Below, piece by piece: positions 9,330 through 18,200 of a stretch of 64,000 nt of DNA. The position numbers and the translations under genes were made by a program. The stretch covers positions 1,668,437 to 1,732,436 of the forward strand of contig OZ220464.1 in NCBI GenBank assembly GCA_965115825.1, in the 5' to 3' direction. The notes beneath the pieces are model-generated. The model was not told the DNA's origin. It worked only from the letters and a program-made list of their open reading frames with translations, and made no database searches. The first letter of the stretch is position 1. Each line of letters opens with the position of its first letter. This stretch comes from Dehalococcoidia bacterium (GTDB taxonomy: Bacteria; Chloroflexota; Dehalococcoidia; Lucifugimonadales; UBA3495).

Positions 9330-10360
9330 GTTGTCAGAATCAGGATTTTCGGGATTTTCGGATTTTCAGGATTGGAGGTTTGTTCCTATGATGAGCTGCG
9401 GCTTTCGCCGAAATGAAGGTTGAAGCGCTGGCATAGCAACGTCGGGGTAGTGGGAATTGGAATGGTTGACGGCGGGGTTTTGCTAGTGATGCGGAGGCCG
9501 GGGGTTGGCGCGGGGGTTTGGCCGGTGGATGTTCTGCCGGGGATGCGGAGGAGGGGGTTGTCAGAATCAGGATTTTCGGGATTTTCGGATTTTCAGGATT
9601 GGAGGTTTGTTCCTATGATGAGCTGCGGCTTTCGCCGAAATGAAGGTTGAAGCGCTGGCATGGCAACGTCGGGGTAGTGGGAATTGGAGTGGTTGACAGC
9701 TGGGTTTTGCTAGTGATGCGGAGGCTGGGGATTGGCGCGTGGGTGGGTTGCGCGGGTTGGTGTTGATGGGCTGTTAGGGGGTTTGGCCGGTGGATGTTCT
9801 ACCGGGGATGCGGAGGAGGGGGTTGTCAGAATCAGGATTTTCGGGATTTTCGGATTTTCAGGATTGGAGGTTTGTTCCTATGATGAGCTGCGGCTTTCGC
9901 CGAAATGAAGGTTGAAGCGCTGGCATGGCAGCGTCGGGGTAGTGGGAATTGGAATGGTTGACGGCGGGGTTTTGCTAGTGATGCGGAGGCTGGGGATTGG
10001 CGCGTGGGTGGGTTGCGCGGGTTGATGTTGATGGGTTGTTAGGGGGTTTGGCCGGTGGGTATTCTGCCGGGGATGCGGAGGAGGGGGTTGTCAGAATCAG
10101 GATTTTCGGGATTTTCGGATTTTCAGGATTGGAGGTTTGTTCCTATGATGAGCTGCGGCTTTCGCCGAAATGAAGGTTGAAGCGCTGGCATGGCAACGTC
10201 GGGGTAGTGGGAATTGGAGTGGTTGACAGCTGGGTTTTGCTAGTGATGCGGAGGCCGGGGGTTGGCGCGTGGGTGGGTTGCATGGTTGACGGCGGGGTTT
10301 TGTAGGTGATGTGGAGGCTGGGGGTTGGCGCGTGGGTGGGTTGTGCGGGTTCATGTTGAT
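9330..10360. repeat. tandem intergenic repeat, 4 copies of about 227-270 bp
   Basis: Copies start at 9330, 9557, 9822 and 10087 with GTTGTCAGAATCAGGATTTTCGGGATTTTCGGATTTTCAGGATTGGAGGTTTGTTCCTATGATGAGCTGCGGCTTTCGCCGAAATGAAGGTTGAAGCGCTGGCAT. The first ~115 nt are identical in all four copies and the remainder diverges by substitutions and indels. Confidence 0.9.
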
Positions 10361-10431
10361 GGGTTGTTAGGGGGTGGGTCGGTATTTGGCATAAGGTAGT
10401 GTGCCAGGAGTGTGCTGGTGTTGATGGGCTG

Positions 10432-11757
10432 TCAGGAGGTTTGACCGGTGGGTGTTTTGCCGGGGATGAGGAGGGAGACGAGGAGGCCGATGAAGTAGAT
10501 GGCGGCGGCGATGTAGAAGCCGTACTGCCAATCGAACCACTCCACCGGGCCGAAAATCATGAACGCGGCTACGGCGCCGAAGAGGGTATTGTTGCCCCAC
10601 ATGAGGCCGAGGAAGCTGGACTCGAGGCGCCGGCCGGCGGCGATGTCGGCGGCGGCGGCCTGGGTCAAGTTGTTCACTGAGAAGTTCATGACGCCGTAGA
10701 TGGCGACGAAGACGGTTATCCAGTAGGTGTATCCGTCGCGGCCAGCCCAGATTACGGCGAGGGTGAGGAGGGTGGTGGCGGCCATGATGAAGACGATGAG
10801 GGGACGGCGGCCGATTTTGTCGGAGAGGGCACCTATGATGGGGCCGGCGAGTATGCCGGGGCCAACCATGAGGGCGACGTGGGCGGCGGCCTGGAAGGAG
10901 TTGACGCCGAGGGCGTTGGTGAGGTAGAGGGGGATCAAGAAGACTAGGGAACGGTCGGCCATGCCGCGGACGGCGGAAACGGTGAAGATGGCCCACATTC
11001 CGGTGCCCCGGAAGGCGTCTTTCATGCCGGCCCAGTTGGCGCGGATGCGCTCACCAATGTCGACGTTTTCGGGGCGTTCGCTGCCGGCGTGGCGGAGGAG
11101 GATGAAGATGAGGACGGTAGCAACGAACATTATGGGGGTGCTGAATCCGAGGACCCAACGCCAGTCGATGGCGCGCCAGGGGAGCTGCCAACTGACTTCA
11201 ACGGCGGCTTCGCCGGCGCCATCGCTCCAGATTACTGCGCCCAGCACAAGGGCGCCGGCGACCATGGGGCCGAGGACGTCGCCGATGCTGCCGGTGGAAC
11301 GGTGCATTGAGATGAAGAGGCCGCGGCGCTGGGGGAAGCGTCGGGCCAGGAGCCCCAGAGCGGGGGGATGCCAGAGGGCGCTGCCCATGGATCCCAGAGC
11401 CAGGGCGCAGAGAATCAGCGCGTAGGAGGGGGCGATGGACATGAGCAGATAGCCCAGGCCAATCATAAAGGTGCTGATGGACAAGACCCAGGCAACCCGA
11501 TGGTGGAACAGGTCAACCAGCACGCCGCCGGATACGCTGGTCAGGCCGCCGAATATGGAACGAACGGCGACGATGTAGCCTACTTGGAGCGCGCCGAGGC
11601 CGAGATCGGCGGCGATAACGGTGGTGAGCACGGGGATGCTGTGGGCGTAGAGGTGCTCGAAGGCGTGGGCTCCGATGAGGGTGGTGGCCATGACGGAGCC
11701 TTTGGTGCGGGGCTCGGCGGCAGGGGAGGGAGGGCTAACGCCGGCTGCCTGTGCCAT
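10432..11757 (-). CDS. MFS transporter
   Basis: 441-aa ORF with about 12 hydrophobic segments and an MFS loop motif (LARRFPQRRGLFISM). Confidence 0.75.
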   Translation of the reverse strand: MAQAAGVSPPSPAAEPRTKGSVMATTLIGAHAFEHLYAHSIPVLTTVIAADLGLGALQVGYIVAVRSIFGGLTSVSGGVLVDLFHHRVAWVLSISTFMIGLGYLLMSIAPSYALILCALALGSMGSALWHPPALGLLARRFPQRRGLFISMHRSTGSIGDVLGPMVAGALVLGAVIWSDGAGEAAVEVSWQLPWRAIDWRWVLGFSTPIMFVATVLIFILLRHAGSERPENVDIGERIRANWAGMKDAFRGTGMWAIFTVSAVRGMADRSLVFLIPLYLTNALGVNSFQAAAHVALMVGPGILAGPIIGALSDKIGRRPLIVFIMAATTLLTLAVIWAGRDGYTYWITVFVAIYGVMNFSVNNLTQAAAADIAAGRRLESSFLGLMWGNNTLFGAVAAFMIFGPVEWFDWQYGFYIAAAIYFIGLLVSLLIPGKTPTGQTS

Positions 11758-12012
11758 GGAATGCGCTCCTTGTTCAGCCAGTAATCAAGTAATGAAGCAA
11801 TGCGCGGAGGGATGGCGGATGGGGGGCATTATACACGCTGGGAGGGCGACAGTACATCAGAGGGAGGAACGAACGGTTTAATGAGGGAAAAAGCCGTTCC
11901 AGGCCGATCTTACAGATGGTGTACAGCTAGTGGTTACCGAGTTGGCAAGGGCAATCTGTCAGAGCAAACGTCGCGACCGAGCAATGCGGTGTTCTACGTT
12001 GTACGAAATCTC

Positions 12013-12041
12013 TTGACAAAGCAGGCGGTGGGGCGTATGAC
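12013..12041 (+). promoter_or_regulatory. sigma70-like promoter candidate
   Basis: TTGACA (12013..12018), a 17-nt spacer, then TATGAC (12036..12041). It lies about 45 nt upstream of an AAGGAGG RBS and the ATG at 12086. Confidence 0.35.
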
Positions 12042-12085
12042 GCTTGAGTACAACGCGGAACACCGCAAGCGCAAGGAGGAAACAG

Positions 12086-12249
12086 ATGACTACTCGGATT
12101 TATACAGCATCAAAAACCCGCTCAAATAACCGACCTGGCTGGAGCGTGACGTTTACGCACCCGCGCCGTAGCGACGGACGCGGCAAGCTAGGACTGAAAA
12201 TGCGGCGCGGATTGGGTACCACGGATGATTCTGAGGCTGAGCGCCTGGT
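12086..12249 (+). pseudogene. 5' fragment of a gene (possibly tyrosine-integrase N-terminal arm domain) truncated by the CRISPR trailer
   Basis: An AAGGAGG RBS precedes an ATG encoding MTTRIYTASKTRSNNRPGWSVTFTHPRRSDGRGKLGLKMRRGLGTTDDSEAERLV. This resembles integrase N-termini (RPxGxW..Y/F.xP....LGT.D..EAE.L). The reading frame then runs straight into half a CRISPR repeat at 12250. Confidence 0.35.
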
Positions 12250-15200
12250 TGTGCGGGGGAGCCCTCCGGCAAATCGGTACTGCGTCCCGCCGGTGGGGTC
12301 TATCCCCGCGTGTGCGGGGGAGCCGGTCAACGTAGCCGAACCCGGTGCCGGAAGTCAGGTCTATCCCCGCGTGTGCGGGGGAGCCCGGGTGCGCAGTTCA
12401 CGATGCGCTACCTGGATGGGTCTATCCCCGCGTGTGCGGGGGAGCCTGACCAGCGTGTCGCAGGCTACCGTCTCGGCCGGGTCTATCCCCGCGTGTGCGG
12501 GGGAGCCAGCAACGACCTCGGGCCGGCTATACGTTCGTAAGGTCTATCCCCGCGTGTGCGGGGGAGCCAACGCAACGAGGCCCGGCCCCGTGTTCTGTAT
12601 CGGTCTATCCCCGCGTGTGCGGGGGAGCCATGTCAACGAGTAGATCGTTGGCAGCGTTCCGAGGTCTATCCCCGCGTGTGCGGGGGAGCCGGCCGCCAGA
12701 CTCATCAAGCCGTACGACACCCCGGTCTATCCCCGCGTGTGCGGGGGAGCCGAAAGGCGGTCAAACGGAAGGCTACCACGAGCGGGTCTATCCCCGCGTG
12801 TGCGGGGGAGCCGTCGTGTTCAGCAGCGCCGCCAACGCCGTGTCGCCTCTATCCCCGCGTGTGCGGGGGAGCCGTACTACACCAACCGGTGGCTCAATGC
12901 GCGCACGGTCTATCCCCGCGTGTGCGGGGGAACCTACGGATACATGCAGAACCCCTATGAAGTGCGGGGTCTATCCCCGCGTGTGCGGGGGAACCAGCCT
13001 GACCTCAGTCACCGCCGGCGGGCCTATCGGTCTATCCCCGCGTGTGCGGGGGAACCATATCTTGCGGACGTTGACCGTATTATCCGCAGGGTCTATCCCC
13101 GCGTGTGCGGGGGAACCACCGACGGCTCCCCATCGTGCCGGTACAGCCCCGGTCTATCCCCGCGTGTGCGGGGGAACCACCGTCGGCCAGTCCGCATAGT
13201 AGGCGGTCAGGGGTCTATCCCCGCGTGTGCGGGGGAACCATGGCATTAGGGCCTCCTTTTCGGCGAGGTGATGGTCTATCCCCGCGTGTGCGGGGGAACC
13301 GCCCGGACTGTACCTATGCCCTGATTGCGGCGGGGTCTATCCCCGCGTGTGCGGGGGAACCGCCAGAACCGCCGCCGATGCCGGGGCGCATCCTGGTCTA
13401 TCCCCGCGTGTGCGGGGGAACCCCGGCCTGTCGCGGACGGTCGGACAGTCAGTCCGGTCTATCCCCGCGTGTGCGGGGGAACCCCGGAGGGATACAATGG
13501 CAGTCCACGTAACTAAGGTCTATCCCCGCGTGTGCGGGGGAACCGGTTGGCGGGGGTTTTGGGTAATGGTGTAAATGGGTCTATCCCCGCGTGTGCGGGG
13601 GAACCACCGGGCAGGGGCCGCGCCATACCTCTTTGCCGGGTCTATCCCCGCGTGTGCGGGGGAACCCGCGCCGGCACCCCCGCCGTCTCGGCAATGTCCG
13701 GTCTATCCCCGCGTGTGCGGGGGAACCTGGCCTTTTGAGACAGACTTGGCTCGTATTCTAGGTCTATCCCCGCGTGTGCGGGGGAACCCTGCGGCCTGGT
13801 CAGCAGCATGGCGACGAGAGCGGTCTATCCCCGCGTGTGCGGGGGAACCGCCCCCACCCGGGCAGTGTACTGCGGCGCCCTGGGTCTATCCCCGCGTGTG
13901 CGGGGGAACCGGGCAGGGGTACACAGTGCCAGGGGACGGGCGGCGGTCTATCCCCGCGTGTGCGGGGGAACCCCCTCACCTTCGCCCTCAAACGCGGCTC
14001 CCCCGGGTCTATCCCCGCGTGTGCGGGGGAACCGTCCGCTGCCACTGAGCCGAATTCAGGTTCTGAGGTCTATCCCCGCGTGTGCGGGGGAACCTATTCA
14101 GCGTATTCTTTCCCCTCCTGAAAGGCGGGTCTATCCCCGCGTGTGCGGGGGAACCCCCAGGCCCAACTTTCCGCCGCCGGCGTGGGGCGGTCTATCCCCG
14201 CGTGTGCGGGGGAACCTGGCGGTCTCAAAAAGAGAGGGTGTTAACCCGGGGTCTATCCCCGCGTGTGCGGGGGAACCACAGCAACCCCGCCTTCACGGGC
14301 AACCAAATCCGGTCTATCCCCGCGTGTGCGGGGGAACCCCGACGCCTGCGCGACCCGGAGCGGCCAAATGGGGTCTATCCCCGCGTGTGCGGGGGAACCC
14401 ATCGAAAACCGCCTGTACCACGAGACCTGGGGGGTCTATCCCCGCGTGTGCGGGGGAACCTAATTTGACGCTATCTACCATATGACTAGGCAAGGTCTAT
14501 CCCCGCGTGTGCGGGGGAACCGAGCAGGCGGCGCCGGGGCGGATAGCGCACGCCTGTCTATCCCCGCGTGTGCGGGGGAACCGATATTGACGGTATTGGC
14601 GGCAGTGCCGCGGACGGTCTATCCCCGCGTGTGCGGGGGAACCCCCAGGCAGGCCGCCACATCCATTTGCGCATTCGGTCTATCCCCGCGTGTGCGGGGG
14701 AACCCAAAAAGCCGGTCGCCTCGTCGTAGTCGTAGAAGGTCTATCCCCGCGTGTGCGGGGGAACCCTCATAGATGGCGGCGATTTTGGCTTTGATAGTGG
14801 TCTATCCCCGCGTGTGCGGGGGAACCGTGCAGCGGCTACTGGTACTGTACCCACTGCGGGGTCTATCCCCGCGTGTGCGGGGGAACCCGGGAGGTTGTCC
14901 AAGATGATCTGGATAGCGGGGGTCTATCCCCGCGTGTGCGGGGGAACCGATGTCAAGCTGGAAGTCCGATAGCAGCAGGCCGGTCTATCCCCGCGTGTGC
15001 GGGGGAACCGCCGAGGACGGCAACGGGAACTACCGCGCGGCAGGTCTATCCCCGCGTGTGCGGGGGAACCGGATGCGGCCCGGCATCGGCGGCGGTTCCG
15101 GGGGGTCTATCCCCGCGTGTGCGGGGGAACCCGATAGCGCAAGCCGATGCAAAACACGCCGCCAGGTCTATCCCCGCGTGTGCGGGGGAACCCCCACCGG

Positions 15201-18200
15201 CTCATAGCGGATGCCCAGGGCGGTCGGTCTATCCCCGCGTGTGCGGGGGAACCCCTGCCCAATGTCAAATCCGACCTATTTTTTGGGGTCTATCCCCGCG
15301 TGTGCGGGGGAACCCCGCCACTGGCTTGCGCGGTCAGTGACGGCTACGGTCTATCCCCGCGTGTGCGGGGGAACCCGCCCAGACCCGGCGCCTTTACCCT
15401 GTCCGACGGGTCTATCCCCGCGTGTGCGGGGGAACCTATGGACAGCAGCTCGGCGATGTCGCGGTACGAGGTCTATCCCCGCGTGTGCGGGGGAACCCAA
15501 AAACCGACGCCGTCGTGTAGCGGCTGACGGGGTCTATCCCCGCGTGTGCGGGGGAACCCATCAGCTCGTCCAGCACCTCGTCCAGAGGAACGGTCTATCC
15601 CCGCGTGTGCGGGGGAACCCCCGGCGCGAGCGGTTGCTCATTCCCCGCCGAGGGTCTATCCCCGCGTGTGCGGGGGAACCCCGCACTGCCCGCGGGCCCC
15701 GGCCAGTGGACGCGGTCTATCCCCGCGTGTGCGGGGGAACCAGATCTGGTGGAGCAGCCCGACTACCCTGGTTGGGTCTATCCCCGCGTGTGCGGGGGAA
15801 CCATTTTATGATAGTAGCATTGCGTTTTATGATAAGGTCTATCCCCGCGTGTGCGGGGGAACCCGCCGGGCGTTGGCGGCGTAGGTCTGCCCCAGGGGTC
15901 TATCCCCGCGTGTGCGGGGGAACCGTAGCAGTCTATCGGGACGATGCGGATGAGGCTGGTCTATCCCCGCGTGTGCGGGGGAACCGCTGCCGCCCGCGAC
16001 TACGGCTTTATCAGCACGGGTCTATCCCCGCGTGTGCGGGGGAACCTCCCGGCAATGGCCTCCGGGGATGGGCGGCTCCGGTCTATCCCCGCGTGTGCGG
16101 GGGAACCGCCCCCGGCGTCCTGAACCGCCGGGGGCTGATGGGTCTATCCCCGCGTGTGCGGGGGAACCGACATGACGGCTTCGCATACAGCATCATCTTG
16201 GGGTCTATCCCCGCGTGTGCGGGGGAACCTGGACGACGCCGGCCCCGAAAGCCCCTATCGCAGGTCTATCCCCGCGTGTGCGGGGGAACCGGGCCTTGGC
16301 GACTGCGGCTTGCCACTGGCCGGGGTCTATCCCCGCGTGTGCGGGGGAACCTGATGAGTTCCTCTTCAGCTTGCATCGGTCTCAGGTCTATCCCCGCGTG
16401 TGCGGGGGAACCGCGATATGGGCAACGACAGCAGCCCACGCCCGCGGTCTATCCCCGCGTGTGCGGGGGAACCCTCCGGCGGCATTTGATACAGCCCCCG
16501 GTCGACGGTCTATCCCCGCGTGTGCGGGGGAACCTCACCCGCTGGAGCTCTATCTGAAGGGTCTGACGGTCTATCCCCGCGTGTGCGGGGGAACCACCTG
16601 AAATGCGTGGACACCAACTCGTGGTACAGGTCTATCCCCGCGTGTGCGGGGGAACCACCCGGAGTACCCGCCCCCATACGCTGACAAGGGGTCTATCCCC
16701 GCGTGTGCGGGGGAACCTCCAGCTGGCCGGTTTTGAGGTCGAGCAGGCCAGGTCTATCCCCGCGTGTGCGGGGGAACCCGGTTCAAACTCGATATTCTGG
16801 TTGTTGCCCAGGGTCTATCCCCGCGTGTGCGGGGGAACCAGAATAAATCGAGCGCTTTCACCATAGCCGCCCGGTCTATCCCCGCGTGTGCGGGGGAACC
16901 ATAGTCCTCGACCACCCGACCGCCTTCGCCAGCGGTCTATCCCCGCGTGTGCGGGGGAACCCAGTCAGCATAGTAGGCGGTCAGGTAGGGGGCGGGTCTA
17001 TCCCCGCGTGTGCGGGGGAACCAGCCTACGAACGGGGTGAGGAAGCGGCCCGAAAGGTCTATCCCCGCGTGTGCGGGGGAACCACTATGCCGGCATTGGC
17101 GCCGGGTTCTACCGAGGGTCTATCCCCGCGTGTGCGGGGGAACCCTGGTGGTCGTGCTGGTGGGGCGGCGGGCTTCGGGTCTATCCCCGCGTGTGCGGGG
17201 GAACCTCACCGAGTGGACTAACTCGGCGATCCCGCCGGTCTATCCCCGCGTGTGCGGGGGAACCACCGACGGCGCCGGAGACCGTCGCTGGTGAAAGGTC
17301 TATCCCCGCGTGTGCGGGGGAACCCCTCGTGCCCCTGGGTTACATCGTAAAGCTTGGGGTCTATCCCCGCGTGTGCGGGGGAACCATAACGACGGGCTGC
17401 AAGTCATCTATTAGAACAGGTCTATCCCCGCGTGTGCGGGGGAACCCGGTGGAGCGGGCGGATGCGCTGGTGCAGGTGGGGTCTATCCCCGCGTGTGCGG
17501 GGGAACCCCGGAGAGGGGCGCCGCCTTGTTGCGGGTGGAGGGTCTATCCCCGCGTGTGCGGGGGAACCATGGTAGCGTCCACCCAGGACTTGGTGTAATA
17601 GGGTCTATCCCCGCGTGTGCGGGGGAACCGAACCACTCGATGTCGTAACTGTTGCTGCTGCGGGTCTATCCCCGCGTGTGCGGGGGAACCCCTCCGACAA
17701 GCCGGCGTATCCCCCAATGACGAGGTCTATCCCCGCGTGTGCGGGGGAACCGTTCGGCGGCGCCGGGCGATATGGCTTTGGAGAGGTCTATCCCCGCGTG
17801 TGCGGGGGAACCTTTGCACTACGGACCATGATATGAAGCCGGCGGGGTCTATCCCCGCGTGTGCGGGGGAACCTTCACCGATTCGCATAAGAGGGCCTCA
17901 CGGTAAGGTCTATCCCCGCGTGTGCGGGGGAACCCTTTACATATGCCCGCAGTGCGGAGGTAAGAAGGGTCTATCCCCGCGTGTGCGGGGGAACCCGCTT
18001 TTCCACCATCCCCAAGGGCGAACCGGACGGTCTATCCCCGCGTGTGCGGGGGAACCCCGACGGCCACGCCGTAGCCTGCGCCGCCGCGGGGTCTATCCCC
18101 GCGTGTGCGGGGGAACCGACCAGGCTTGCAAGGACGTCGCCCGACTCTGCGGTCTATCCCCGCGTGTGCGGGGGAACCACCATGGCGCCCCAGGTCTCGT

